Part shown: positions 1 to 14,693 of the stretch, piece by piece
Numbering within the stretch: position 1 is the first letter of the stretch
How the letters are laid out: each line of letters starts with the position of its first letter
From: Octopus sinensis
Taxonomy: Eukaryota
Assembly (NCBI RefSeq): GCF_006345805.1
Contig: NC_042997.1
Coordinates: 79,236,001-79,300,000 of the forward strand
DNA length: 64,000 bases
Direction of reading: 5' to 3'
Translations under genes and position numbers: made by a program
The notes under the pieces: model-generated
Told to the model about the DNA's origin: nothing
The model's input: only the letters and a program-made list of their open reading frames with translations
Database searches by the model: none

Positions 1-2213
1 TTTTAGAAACATTGTATGCTAAAAAACGTAAAACCATTTTAAAACCAAAAGATGTTAGACTTTGAACTTTACTCTATCGATGTCAGCATTTCTAAAAACC
101 TTAACATCTTTTTCTACTATGTTGATATATTTAGGCAGTAAAATAATAGACTCAGAGCATTGGACAAAATGCCAGTGGCATTTCAAGTACAATCCTTTAT
201 GTTCTAAGTTCAAATCCCACTGAGGTCAACTTTGCTTTTTGTACTTCTGAGGTCATTAAAAAAAAATACCAACCAGTCCAGTACTAGAGCTGATTTAATA
301 TTCATATAAATGCATTCTAAATATCAATGGAATTGTACTAGAGTTTCTATTTTAGTATTATAATCTTCTTGCATATTATTCTAAATGGTAAAAACTTTTC
401 TTTATTCCCATGCACCTTTTCATATATTTGGAGTGTTTAGACATGATGTGAGTTCTTGGGTGCCTTTAGCAAAGTTTACTGGATTGCAAGCATTCAAACC
501 AGACCACCACCAGTTCACTCTCTATCCAGATTTTTCCTGCAGACATTGATCTACATGTTAGACATGGCATCAGATGTACTGATCTCAGGAGCCTGAGACT
601 CTGCTCTCCTTTATCCTCAAACTTTTAAATATGCATATATAAATACATTAAGTATTTCATTATACAATTATTTCTGTGTAAATTTGAAAAGAAAAAAGTC
701 AGTAGTGATTATGCAAAATAATTCATATAACCTACATGATTACAACTTACTAAAATAGTATTCAGAATTATGTTTCAAGTATAAAGAGTTATTGTTGGAT
801 CTTAAAATACAAGATTATTACCTTTGACAGAGCAATTAAAAGAATCTAAAGACCACAGACAAGTACAAATGAACAAACATGTAAGCACTATCATTTGTCA
901 TTACTAACATTTTCTGAAGAAACCTGGAAAAACACCCTTTAAGTAACAGACTTATATCACATTCAGATGAAATCAGAAGATTTATTACATAGCTGAAAAT
1001 GAGAACTTGCACTAAAGGATTCGGAAGAGGAGTAAATATTTTCTATTGTAAATAATGTTTCAAGTTGTTTGAGGATTTTTATGTCTCTGACGTATATTTT
1101 CATGAGTCAAATTTTCTAAAAATCAAAGTTCAAGATAGTCTAAATCAGAGATAAATGGAGAAAGAGTTTGATATTGTTAACTAGAAATTTATGTTGTCTT
1201 CAATCTTGTAAATAATAATATACAAGAGAAATTACTTATGAATAAAAAAATATTTAATTATTATCAGAATTATGACTACCCTCTCTCATTAAAAAATTAA
1301 ATAAACCAACAAAAAAGCTGTTATGCGATTGACCAACCTGCTAATACTACCAACCAAATTTCCATCAAACTGCACCTTGCTGTTTTAAAAAATGGAAAAC
1401 ACATTGGACAACATAGTCCTCGATGGTGCATTGTCTGAAAATCACAAGATGAGATATACACAGCTGGAAGGTTTTTAGAGTTGACACTGAGCTAAAGAAT
1501 AATAGATTTCGTTTACCAAGGGCATCCAACTACATGACTTGCTTCAACAATTTAAAGTTTCAAAACAATACATTAATGGTTATTTTATAGACATCTTCAA
1601 TAAATTATAGCTAGATTAGGTATCAAAGTTTGTTTACTTATCCAGCATATTTAATATTCATTTCATTCAACAGGAAACCTTTTTACAACAAAGCCAAATT
1701 ACTATTTTCTTTTGTACATGCACAGTATGTTTTCTTTGAACGAGTCAAAGAGGTGGTTTAGTCAATTATATTAAAAGAGCCTTTATGCAGCTACTCAACT
1801 GCCTAGAAATAGCTGTTAAGCTTCCCTTGGAGATATATCAGGAAAAAAATGCTCAGGGGATATAAAAACTACCAATAAATCTTTTGTCATGTCTGGAGAG
1901 ATGAAAGACAGGAGGAGAAAATTGAAGAATTTCAACTCAAATCTACAAGGTACTGAACTATATACAACAAAGCATCTAATTTGCCTCCCTACTGCTAATA
2001 AATAACAGAATGTGTAAATACACAACATTAGTACTCAGGCTTTTCAGTCCCTTCTAGGCCAGGATATAAAAAAGATTTAGGTATGCTGATTATTTTTGCT
2101 GATTAAACCTTCACTACAAAATACTGAAATAGTTCAAATATGACTGTACATATAACTATGGTTATTAATACTGTTCGCTCACTTGAGGTTCAAGTTGTAG
2201 TTCATTTGATTAA

Positions 2214-3272
2214 CCCTTTCGTTACCAAACCGCCCGAAAAAAATTTTGTTTAATGTGACCAAACCGCCCAAATTTACCTATTCATATTTAAATGAGAATA
2301 TCAGAGCAAATCTCTTAAGTACATTCGTGAAAATACGTATTATAAAGAGTTCAACTACAGTTTTGTACAAAAATCGAAGTGTAATTTTAATTCCGTGAAT
2401 TTTGGGAGATTTTTTCCCGAAATTTGTACCTATTGTGTTTTCAAAATTTGTAATTCTGACAAAAAATGGATACGAATTTCATTATATCAAGCAGCGAGTC
2501 AGAATTCGAAGGATTTTCTACTGAAGACCTTCATAAATCTAACTCTATGACTGAAAAAAAAAAGCATGTGGTATTTGATAATGAACCTGATGTTTCATTT
2601 TCCAAAAGTGAAAACAGTGAATCCGAGAGCTCCGACAGCGATAAAGAAAATGAATTGGCACCTGAATGGAGTGAAAATTTTAAAACTGTTTCTTTCAGTG
2701 ATTTTTCTTAAGAAACTGGACCAAGACACAGACTTTCCCAGAAGAGTAAAGCCTTAGACTATTTCTTTTCACTTTTTCGAATGAGCCTATTTGAAATCAT
2801 TACGGCAGAAACAAACCGTTACGCTAAATGTAAACAAAATGAAAGAAAGGATACTTCGTGGTTTCCCATAACCTTAAATGAAATTAAGACTATTTTGCCA
2901 TAAATATTATTATGGGTATCAGAAAGTTACCCAGAATAACAAATTCTATCGTAAAATTTTCTTGTATACCCAATTGAATATTAGCTAATAACCCATTTTC
3001 TATAGCGATGTTTGAACAAAATTTTAATAATTTAATATTTTGTTGAATTTACCTGTATCTACCTGCAATTAGAGTCACTTTATGACAAAAATTATAGTAT
3101 AGAATTGGTTGAGAACATTTCATTAAATTATCTTCCAAAATTCACGTTAATATATTGATAAATAAAAAAGTTATAGTTGTTTAATGAAACCAGACTAAAT
3201 TTATGATTATGTTAGAAATTAATTGAAACACATAAGGGGTGTATTTTGGTCAGAAATATAGTAACGAAAGGG
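2214..3272 (+). mobile_element. Internally deleted piggyBac DNA transposon
   Basis: TTAA on both sides (2210-2213, 3273-3276) and 12-bp TIR CCCTTTCGTTAC. Acidic N-terminus (2466-2711) followed by frameshifted LFEIITAETNRYAK...W...IMGIRKLP, typical of piggyBac transposase. No catalytic core. Confidence 0.88.
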
Positions 3273-6200
3273 TTAAGATATTCAATCAAAATTCCAATGA
3301 AATTAAATATATTTGCATAGTGCAGTATATAGAGCATGACAAATTCAGAACACAAAGTACATATAGAGGACAAACAAGAAAGGAAATATGTTCATATGTT
3401 AATTTAATATATCCTTTCATGGGTTTCATTCATTCATGAATCATAAAATTTATACAATAATCAGTTGATTTGATGATGTAATCAGACTAATAGATTTATT
3501 CATTTATGAAACTCGTGTAAGGATATATTGAACAAACATATCTCCACTCTTGTTTTCCTAAATACACTGTACTATGAATATATATTTGTTGAAGATTAAT
3601 TTAGGATTCAACACAGACACATTAAAGTTAAGTGAATGCTAACACCCATGCTAATAAAACTATAAAAAATATTTGTGAGATAGTATATTAGTCAATGTCA
3701 CATTAGATGGGATATAATTGGACCAATACGTTGTATTTAATTAACTTGGATAACATGAAAATGAAAGAGCCAAATTGATTTAGTATCCTCAGCCGCTGGT
3801 CTTTTTAGCAGGCATTTGGAAACTGCAGAGCATTTCACTACATACCAAAACCTATACAGCTACGTGGTACAGAATCATTGACACTATTCCAGAGTAATTT
3901 CAGATGGGATGCCTTGATTGAATGCTCCAAGTATTGTGGATTGATCACATTTGACAAACTTATTTGCCAGATGATCGTTCAGAAATAGAGGTTGTGTCAT
4001 GTAAACTGAATAGCTAACGAGTGCTATCAAACTACTTACATATTTTTGACAAACAACAATGGAAAGTACACAAAATAGGGCTGAAAAGGATCCAAAAATA
4101 TCCATAAGAGAGGCAAGAGAGACATTAATGAATGTATCCTAGTTTCAGAATAGGTACAAGGCATGTTGTAAGCAGCAACTAAAAGAGCATCCAGTCAAGG
4201 CTATACCAAAAAAACCAGCTGACTCATACCAGTATGGAAAAGTAGATGTAAAATGCTGACAAACATTTGACAGAAAAACTAGCAGACATAGAAGGAAACT
4301 GCCCATGTATTACCTAAGGAGAGTGGGTAAGAAAGGGAATGAAAGAGAATGGCTTAACTTTGCTTAAAGGAATTATGATGATACAGTACTATCTAGAGTA
4401 GCGGTTCTCAACTGGAGGTCCATATAAGATTTTGTTAAAATTTATGTGCAATAATTTGGTTTACTTCTACAATACACAAAATATTTTAATTTTTTTATAT
4501 ACAGCGAATGGTTATGGATGTCCAGTAGAGAAAATAAGAATCAGAGGGGTTCATAGGCAAAAACAATTGAGACCCACAGTATTTAATTCCTAGTTGTATG
4601 GAATACTATGCTATATACTCTCACAAGATTTTGGTGCCAGAATTTACACAACTGCAACTCTACTTTTCCAGTTATTTCATCAAGCATGCATCATCTCCCT
4701 TGAAATATTTGTTTACTTTCAACTTTAGAATGGCAAACCTTGGAAGAAGATAGTTTCATTTACAATATATATTACAATATATATTTGGTGAGAATTAATC
4801 TAGGATTGAAAATGTCAAGAGTGAAATTAGAAATATAAAAATGTTATTCAAATATTTAGTCATGAGTGGTATGTGCTAATTAAAACTTTTTTTTGGTATT
4901 TGGAAACTGCAGAACATTTCACTATGTATCAAAATTTACATTTAATATCTATACAACTACATGGTACAGAATCATGGACATTATTTTATTTTTGTCACTA
5001 TAATTTAAAGTCAATAGTCTCTTAAGTCTTCCATTAAACAAATCATAAATTTAAATGTAATATTTCCAGGTTTCTAATCACAAAGAGCAATTCTAGTGGA
5101 AACCTGCTCATTAACCTCAGGTTGAGAAATTGAAACCAAATGTAAACAGATTTTTGATTAAGTTAAGTGTAAATTTAGATTAGTCAATATTTTTTTAAAA
5201 TGTGAAGAAAGAAACTAAAAAGAAAGATAACCCACCTATCAACAAAAATAGCTATAATAAAGATCTCTATACTTTGAATAGTCAAAAATTTAACCTATTA
5301 AGATAAAATAATACAATCAATTATGAAGATCAGATTTCAGAAAAAGCTAGAAGAAATATCCCAAGATCAAATAGTATTCATTTACATTAGTGAATTTAAT
5401 AAGATATATAGTGCCTGTCGATAAAATCACCAAGATCAACACTTCCACTCAGAATTTAGAAAAAAAGAAAATCCCAATCCAGTGTAACTCGTTTGAACAT
5501 TAATATTGCTAACAGTGAAAGATTACAAAAAGGATAATAATGAAACACAACAAATGAATAAATACTGGATTGAGACAATTTCATAATTGCAGGTAATAAT
5601 ACCTTTTGAAAATTTTTACTAATTAACAATTGAAAAGAGATCATTACAAAAGCTACTGAATAAAACAAACTTTACTAAGAATAGAAAAACATTCTACCAA
5701 CTTTTGATCTACTGAATGACAATGTTTTCTGATAAATTTTTCACTATCATTATCCCTTTCAACACCAACTCACCAGATTAACACCTTAGCATTTAAACCA
5801 GCCTTATCTGACCCTAATATTCTACCTATTTCATGTTTAAGTCAGCCAGATCAAGCTCTCAAACTTAACCTACAATGTCATTCTGCTGCATCTTTAAAAT
5901 CTCAAAGCTACAAGATAAGACATGATTAATTCAAAACAATGTAAATAAGCATAATTTGAGTGCTCTTTATAAGCAGCTGAGCTGAGCTACTAATTGTAGT
6001 AGGAGACTGGGTGCATCTTCTTTGAGAATGCGGCCATCAAACCACAAAATGGTCCATCAGTAACTTAGAGCTTAATTTTTATCTTACCCATTGAGAGGCT
6101 CTGTAATATTTAAATGTAAGTTTTTGTCTTTTATTAATTAGAAAGTTTATTTTGCAAACCTTCACATTATTGATTATTTTAAAAGGTAGAAAGTATTCTT

Positions 6201-7955
6201 GCTTGAAATTAGATCACAAAAGGGTTAATGGTTAAAGCATACACTAAATAATGGTGAGCCACAGCTAGACAGCTAATAGAATGTAGAAATTCAGTTTAAT
6301 TTGACAAACTAGATATCTGATCAGGGATATTCAACAACTAGAAAGTTTGTAAAAATGATAACCAAAGAAAAGTTATGTACAGAAAAGTTATGTCCACTTG
6401 GAGTGGTTGCAGCATATTAGTGTTTTAAAAACTCCAGCCATCTTACTAAAATTTTCGTATATTTACATATCTATAAAGTTGTTGGTGTTAGGAAAGGCAT
6501 CCAGCAGTAGAAAACAAGCCAAAAATGAAATTTATGAACAAGATGTGTGCTTCTAACCTATCTGTATCAGAAACTCTGAATAAAAAACTAAATTGGATCA
6601 TGACAATCCATCCAACCCATGTTAACAAGGAAAGCAGATGTATGAATATCACAGGATTACTAATTCTCTGCTATGACATTATTTATCAACCCACTTTTAC
6701 CCGGTTTCTTTGAAACTAATGTTTAAAACATACTTACAGAATAATTTTAGGCATAGCCATGTGGCTACAAAATTTGCTTTAAAACCACAGTTTTGTGTGC
6801 AATCAATGTGCAACACACTTGAGCAAGTAACTTCTAGTCTAGCTTCAGGTTGACCGATGTCTTTTGAGTGGTATTTAATTGGCAGAAACTATGTAAAAGT
6901 ACAGGTGTGTGTGTGTGTGTACTATCTGATTAAAAAAGATTAATAAAATAAATATTGGGGGGAATGAGTGACTAAAATACTCATGAAGTTGTCCACATTA
7001 GTGACTAACCAGGAAAAGGGGAATTTGCTTTTTAAATTTCAAAGAGAAACCTCTGAAATAGTGGAACCATTTTAACTAAAACTTACATAGTAAATAAACA
7101 ATTACTGCATAAATTCTATTTTTTAAAAATTCCATTCCCAAGATAAAAATGGTTATGATATTACTAATGCAAAACCCTATAATGTATATTTTACAAGGGT
7201 AGCATTTGATATATACAGAAGCAATTAGTGCAATGTCCTAAAAGTTAAAACTCTGCAACAGAGTTTGACTATTTATAAAGTATACAATCTTGGTTGCAAC
7301 TGTTAGGCATCAAAACAAAAAAAGCAACCACTCAAGGCTAGTATATAAGAATGAAAAATAGAAGACTTGAATATTACATTTTTCTGTACTAAAACAGAAT
7401 TATTAGAGCAACAGGATAAAGGTTAGAACTATAAAATAAGAGGTTACTTATGCATCACCTAATTTGTAAAACTACTTAACTCTTTGAAATTGAAGGCCAC
7501 TGATGTTTCTACACTGCAGATGGTAAGAATTATTTTTATAAGATATAAATAAAAAAAAAGTTGTGTTATTTTTGTAAAATTATAACAAAAATTGATCTCG
7601 CTACACAAGGTACATCTGAGGTGAAACCAGCCTTTGTTTTAGCACAAAAAAAAAGGGGACATACCCAGTTGTTTAACGGGTTAGATATGAAGGAAAATCT
7701 ATCCTCATATCATCAGTTAAATACTATATAAATACACTTATTTGAAATGAAGTTGTGTATATAAACACTTCAGTGGGTTAATCAATGTAAATATTGTCTA
7801 AAGACTAGTTTCTAAATAAAATAAATATTCAAACTTAGTAATTAGAAAGCATTTTTAAAAACTAATTTTGTTATGCAATTATTTTTCAGAATTTACACAT
7901 AATAGAGGACTGTTGAAATTAATTTCTCCAAATTTAAGAAAAAATTAGAACTTAC

Positions 7956-8081
7956 AGTAATTGCTTTATCCACCTCATCATTTTTCTTTAGGATATCAGC
8001 AAACTTTTTCCAGTAACCATAACAATATGGATAATGATCAAAGAAAGCATCAAATGCTTCTTGCGCATCTTCAACATTATT
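7956..8081 (-). CDS. PRPF39: PRPF39 coding exon 3 ([42 protein letters not shown])
   Basis: Continues the human sequence ([21 protein letters not shown]). Acceptor cttttatcacag, donor GTAAGT, 126 nt, phase 0/0. Later exons were not found in 1-7955. Confidence 0.95.
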
Positions 8082-8609
8082 CTGTGATAAAAGAACAAAG
8101 TTATTTTAGTTTCAATAGTTAATGAAATATAAAAATTTTCAATCAAATATATTTAAGATTTAAATGGACAATACATGGAACCTGTATTGCTTTGTTGACA
8201 CTAAAGAAAAAGTCTAAAGCACACTTATAATAATGGATAATGTTGCAACTGGTTATTGTTAGTAGAAAGGATAGATCCTAAAATGAACACTAACTGTTTT
8301 CCATTGTAGCTGAAAACATTTTCAACGAGATAAAATTTAGATTAGTCAATTTATCACCCAGGTTTGCTAATTCTGTTTGTAAAAATGAATTTTTAAAAAA
8401 TTGATTTGAAAAGTAATTCCTTATTGGGAAAACCTAGCTTGAAAAATGAATTATTACTAGAGTAAATTTCTATTTTTAAAACAATAGAGAGTAATCGTAA
8501 ATGGCAGAAAGTCTAGTGTTAGGCCTAACTGCTTCATAGTATGGTGTTATGACCATGTATTCTAAATTCATCCCTCAGATTCAAAAAGATTAATATAAAT
8601 TTCTGATCT

Positions 8610-8975
8610 GGCACTGGCATGGCTGTGATAAGAAGCTTACTTCCTTCCCAACCATGATTCAGGGTTCAGCTGAATTGCGTGGCATCATGGCAAGTGTGTT
8701 CTGCAATAGTCTCAGGCCAACCAAAGCCTTGTGAGTGGATTTGGTAGATAGAAACTGAAAGAAACCCATCATATGTGTGTGTGCACCCCACTACTGTTTG
8801 AGAACTGGTGTTGGGTGTTTACATCCCCATAACTTAGCAGTTTGTAAGAGACCAATAAAATTGGTACTAGACTTTAAAAAATGAGATCTGAAGTTGATTT
8901 GTTCTACTAAAACACTTCAAGGTGGTGTCACATCATGGCGACAGGCAAATGATTGAAACAAGTAAAAGATAGAAG
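8610..8975 (+). mobile_element. Decayed tRNA-derived SINE (octopus-type)
   Basis: tRNA-like head, body CCAAAGCCTTGTGAGTGGATTTGGTAGA and tail GAAACAAGTAAAAGA. Related pieces near 6760-6900, 43085-43235 (-) and 46135-46550. Confidence 0.7.
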
Positions 8976-9961
8976 ATCTTTGCCCCTTTAGTTTAATATT
9001 ATATTATTATTTGATATCGTACTACATACATTCGCCGCTAACGCTTAAATGTTTGAATCTATTCACTAACTGCTTGTTTTTTCTTTCATGAGCTAACAGT
9101 TGATATTGTTCCTCACAAAATATAATCTTTTAATTTTTTAGCCCCCCATGTATGAAGTTAATTTGTTCGTTACTCTATGTTACTTTCTTCAAACCCCGAT
9201 TGCTTAATTCTTCTCATTACTGTCCCAATCATGGTGCGCCCACCCGCTCCCACCAATACCGGATAACACTGTTTACACCATCTACACTGGATATCCCTTC
9301 TCCCACCACCATTACGTGTGTCTATTCCTCCAACCCCTCCTCCTCAATATGCTATTTCACTATGTATTACCCCTGCCCCTCTCCCCTAAGCTCATCAACC
9401 GTCCCACTTAACCAGTTATCTTACATTTCCTTCTGCTTTGAAATCTGTCACTGCCTCAACCGGCTATCTCCTTCCAGTCCCCACCCTCACTCGTGATATC
9501 CTACGTTTTATATCCTACATTTCATTCTGTCTAGAACCTGCCACCAACCCTACCTGTCATCGTTTCTCCTTACCCCACCCTCCCCACTGGTGCTCCCCTA
9601 TATTACTTGCACTCTCTCCCCCCCCCACTTTCTCTCTATCTCTCTGCTGGAACCCTTCCCCGCCACAATGCAACCAAAATTTTTTTCAGCTGGAACCCCC
9701 CCCCACCCCAACACTAGAATATCCATGTTTCTGCTACGCTGCTTAAACTACGTTACTCAATGACCATAATGCTTGCTTAGAATGCTACTAACACCTAGAA
9801 TATCAGTATTTCTGCCACAGAGCTTACATCTACGTCATCATGACCTTAATGCTTATGCTTACAACGCTGCTAACACCAGCTCTTGCCTACGGCAGGGGCC
9901 ACAACCTTAACATGCCTAAATGCTTGAATGTTGTCAGGTCGGAAGAGAGATCAGATGAAAA

Positions 9962-12900
9962 ATGCCCTCTTCTTTTCAGCCGCTGAATTGCACCCCTCCC
10001 CTCCACATTACCTTCCCAGTTTTCAGAGTTGGCACTGTCAATGTTGGTACACTGAAAGATAGGTCTAGTGAGATTGTAGAGATGCTTGAGAGAAGACGGG
10101 TTGATGTATGCTGCATACAAGAGGTAAGATGGAGAGGTGCTTCAGCTAGGGTCCTCACAGGCAAGGCACATAGGTATAAAGTCTTCTGGCAAGGTAACAT
10201 GGATGGTGTAGGGGGTGTAGGCATTCTCCTTGCGGAGAAATGGGTGGATAAGATCATAGAGGTTGTCAGGGTTTGCGATAGAGTGCTTAAGCTCAGGTTA
10301 GTCCTACAGAGTGGCACAGCTACAATTATCTCCGCCTATGCTCCACATGCGGGGCCACCAAATGATCAGAAGGACCACTTTTATGATACCCTTCTCCAGG
10401 CTACCTCAAAGACAAGTGGCAAGGACCTCATCTTTGTGGGTGGAGATTTTAATGGGCATGTTGGGCGGGAATCAGGTATCTTCACTGGGGTATACAGTGG
10501 CCATGGTATTGGCATCAGAAATGATGAAGGAACTAGACTACTGGAATTCTGTGATGCATGTAACCTTTTAATTTGCAACTTCAGGAAGCCTGACTGCCAC
10601 CTAATAACCTATCAGTCAGGAGACTCCACTAGCCAAATAGACTTCATCCTCACCAGACAGCGGGATGCAGGGTTGCTCTTACATACAAAGACCCTCCCGG
10701 GTGAGGAATGTACCCCTCAGCATTAGTGACTTAAAGCTTGAGGCCAGAAGGATTCCAAGAAACAGACCAATCCAGAAAAGAAGGATTTGGAAGCTAAAGA
10801 ACCCTTCACATGGTCAGAGATTTAGGGACATCTTCATCAAGAAATTTGATGAGAGGGAGGAAGAGCTACAGACGTTGGACATACAAGGTAGCAGGAAATT
10901 CCTACGGGACAGCTTGCTGAGTGCCACAGACCAAGTCTGTGGATGGTGCAAAGTCCCTTCCAGACCTAGAGTTACGTGGTGGTGGAATAGTGCAGTAGAC
11001 AAAGCCATTAGTGCAAAGAAACAGGCCTGGAAAGCCTGGAGGGATGGGGGTAGCAGGGAACTGTACCAGGTAGCCAAAAGGGAGGCTGGGCAGCAGGTAT
11101 ACATAACCAAAGATGTAGCAGAAAAGAAGAAGTTTGCCAATGTCCAGCAACGTGAGGACCAAAGAACTGAGGCATTTCGGATTGCTAGACAGTGCGTGAG
11201 AGAAAATAGTGATGTTACAGGAGAGAAATGTGACCGCATGGATGATGGGGCACTCGCTTTTAATGACGGTGAAAAGAAAGAGGCTTGGAGAAGCCATTAT
11301 GAAAGACTGCTGAATGTGGAGAATGAATGGGAGGAGGAGAGCCTGCCAAATGTTGACCCAGTAGAGAGACCAGATATCCGAATAGACAGCTCCCTTGTAG
11401 TTAAGGCAATTAAGGGTATGAAACCAGGTAAAGCCCCCGGCCCATCAGGAATCACTGCTGAAATGCTTAAAACAGCTGGTTATGTGGGCTATGGCCTAGT
11501 CACCTGCATTGTAAACCAGGTAGTTCATAATGGAGTCATACCCAATGACTGGCGTAGCAGCACCATAGTCAACTGCTACAAGGGTAAGGGTGATGCTCTA
11601 GATAGAAACAACTACAGGGGTATTAAACTGTTGGATCAGGTGATGAAGGTCTCAGAGAGGGTCATAACCCATCTCATTAGGGAGAGAATTTGCTTAGATG
11701 AGATACAGCTCGGTTTTGTGCCAGGTAGAAGCACCACTGATGCTATATTCCTGGTCCGACAACTGCAGGAGAAGTACCTAGCTAAAGATAAACCCCTCTA
11801 CATAGCTTTTGTGGAATTGGAGAAAGCCAGGGTCCCCGATCCCTTATCTGGTGGTCGATGCGGAAACTGGAGATTGACAAATGGCTAATAAGGGCTGCAC
11901 AGGCCCTATACAGAGAGGCCGTCAGCAAGGTTAGATTTGGCAACGAATATAGAGAAGAATTCTGGGTAGAAGTAGGTGTACACCAAGGCTCAGCCCTCAG
12001 TCCCCTTTTATTCATCATAGTCCTCCAGGCAATAACAGAGGAATTCAAAACAGGTTGCCCCTGGGAGTTCCTCTATGCTGATGACCTGGCTCTCATAGCA
12101 GAATCACTACCGGAACTAGAAAAGAAATTTCGGGTGTGGAAGCAAGGGTTAGAATCAAAGGGCCTTAGAGTAAATGTAGCAAAGACCAAAGTTATAGTGA
12201 GCAGAAAGGCGAACTCAACACACACACCCTCGGGCAGGTGGCCCTGCTTGATCTGTAGGAAAGGTGTAGGTAGAAACTCCATAAGATGTACCCAGTGTAA
12301 GCTATGGATGCATAAGAGGTGCAGCAACATCAAAGGGAAATTAACTGATAAGATAGCTTTCATGTGTGGCAGATGCACAGGGACAATAGACACCACAGAC
12401 ACTCAGAAAACAGATTCCATCACACTCCAGGGGGAGATACTAGAAGTAGTTGATAGTTTCCGCTACCTGGGTGACCAAGTTAGTAGTGGAGGTGGATGCT
12501 CAGAGAGTGTCACCACTAGAATACGAATAGCCTGGGCAAAGTTTAGAAAGCTCCTACCCCTACTGGCAACAAAGGGTCTCTCGCTCAGTGTGAGAGGTAG
12601 ATTGTATGATGCATGTGTGCAAACTGCCATACTTCACGGTAGTGAAACATGGGCTGTGACTGCAGAGGACATGCGTAGACTTGAAAGGAATGAAGCTAGC
12701 ATGATCCGCTGGATATGTAATGTCAGTGTGAGTGCACGACAGAGGGTAAGCACCCTGAGAGAAATGCTGGGCATAAGAAAGCATCAGATGTGGTGTGCAA
12801 GAGCAACACTTGCGATGGTATGGTCATGTACTGCGGATGGATGAGGAGAGATGTGTGAAGAAGTGCCGCTCCCAAACAGTTGAAGGTATCAGGGGGAGAA

Positions 12901-13593
12901 GAAGACCCAGGAAGACATGGGATGAGGTAGTCAGGCATGATCTCAGAGCGTTGGGCCTCACAGAGGCAATGACAAAGGACCGTGATCTCTGGAGATATGC
13001 TGTGACTGCAAAGACCCGGGCTGCTTCTTGCACCAGCCCCGCATAGCCCATTCAAAGTACCTCGGATACCAGAACATCCCGCTGTGCTTGAGGAGACCTA
13101 TTGAGTCAAGTACCTGAACATCGAAATAAATATCAATGGAAATAGGAGTTGCGATACCTGTGCCGGTGGCACATAAAAAGCACCATCCGAACGTGGCCGA
13201 TGCCAGTGCCGCCTCGACTGGCTTCTGTGCCGGTGGCACATAAAAAGCACCATCCGAACGTGGCCGATGCCAGCGCCGCCTCGACTGGCTTGTGCCGGTG
13301 GCACATAAAAGGCACCATCCGAATGTGGCCGATGCCAGCGCCGCCTCGACTGGCTTCTGTGCCGGTGGCACATAAAAAGCACCAACCGATCGTGGACGAT
13401 GCCAGACTCCCCTGGCACGTAAAAAGCACCCACTACACTCACTCGTGGAGTTGTTGGCATTAGGAAGGGCATCCAGCTGTAGAAACACTGCCAGATCAGA
13501 CTGGAGCCTGGTGCAGCCCCTAGCTTCCCAGACCCTGGTCGAACCGTCCAACCCGTGCTAGCACAGAAAACAGACGTTAAATGATGATGATGA
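9962..13593 (+). mobile_element. RTE-clade LINE, near full length (APE endonuclease + RT), frameshifted
   Basis: APE motifs (GTVNVGT, CCIQEVRW, GGDFNGHVG, SQIDFIL) and RT motifs (GVHQGSALSP, YADD, FRYLG) over four overlapping ORFs (9962-10726, 10665-11888, 11858-12844, 12795-13046). 3' UTR ends in (ATG)n. The C-rich 9000-9960 region is probably the 5' UTR. Confidence 0.95.
13159..13412 (+). repeat. Tandem 65-67 bp hairpin units in RTE 3' UTR (about 4 copies)
   Basis: Unit TGTGCCGGTGGCACATAAAAAGCACCATCCGAACGTGGCCGATGCCAGTGCCGCCTCGACTGGCTTC. Confidence 0.9.
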
Positions 13594-14661
13594 ACTGATA
13601 AACACTAAGCGCATTCTCTAGAAATTATATAAAATTTCACATTTTAAGACTGATTCACCTTTTCTGAATTGACTGCAAAGAAAGTAAGTAGCAATGTATA
13701 ATATCATTTTAGAGCAAACATGGAAAGTGTCAATTTTTTTATTTATTTATTGCTATACCCACTAGGAATTTAAAACCTTGACGGTAATGAGTGGGGGAAC
13801 AGAATAAGATAAATATAGTTTGTATAACAATTAAATAAACAAAACTGTGACATTTCTATCAAATTATTTGACATCTTGCTTTGTAAAAAGTTAGATTAAT
13901 ATGAAGAGTTAATTCCTATTGCATAGGATCTTAAGGTGACAATTTTTATATTTATTAAAATTAACATGTAAACAATAGTTAAAAAAAACAAAATAAAATG
14001 TTAAATTTAGATGCCATACAGTAAATATTGACTACTACTTTATAGCGAAATAAAAGGAGAATGTATTATTTTTACATGAAGAAGGAAATAGCTACAAAAT
14101 CTAAACGTATTAAATTTTACAAAACAGTAATTGTCATTTGAAAAATGTTTCCTTTCAGGAAAATATTTTTTCTATAGCTTATCGTTTTTAATATCATGTG
14201 ATGCTTTATATTTCTATACAAAATGCAACGGAAGTTGGTGAATAATTGAACAGTTTCTATTACAGGAAATAAAGTAAGCTATGTGCTTTTATCACATGTA
14301 AAGTAAGCACGATGCTTTTACCACATGCAACGCATAAGAAGATTTACATAAAAATAATAAAATTTATTCCATGAATGAAGAATTCAGTTAAGAAAATAGC
14401 AAGATAGGGGTTAAAGCTGAAAATATTGAGTGGAAACTTTCCAAAAATTAAATCTGTTACTCTATTAAAATATCCAAATGTAAAAACATTTGGAGTTCAA
14501 AATAACTTTCAAAGTTATGAGCTAAAAATGATTAATGAACTCTTAAAAGAAACTGAATGGAAGAGGACAATTTCAATTGAACATGAAAGCTCCATATAAA
14601 TAATTTGAATAACTACTCATGAGTAAACTGCATTTGAAATTCAAATAAAATTACATGTGGT

Positions 14662-14693
<32 letters not shown>

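Noticed and set aside
1-7955. Further PRPF39 exons (expected VFERG..AIPLSVDLW)
   Set aside because: No such peptide with splice sites was found; the next exon is probably left of the window.
9000-9961. HDV-like ribozyme expected in an RTE 5' UTR
   Set aside because: No nested double-pseudoknot could be assembled by eye. Only a ~50-bp imperfect repeat (about 9748 and 9829) was seen, and the ORFs here look non-coding.
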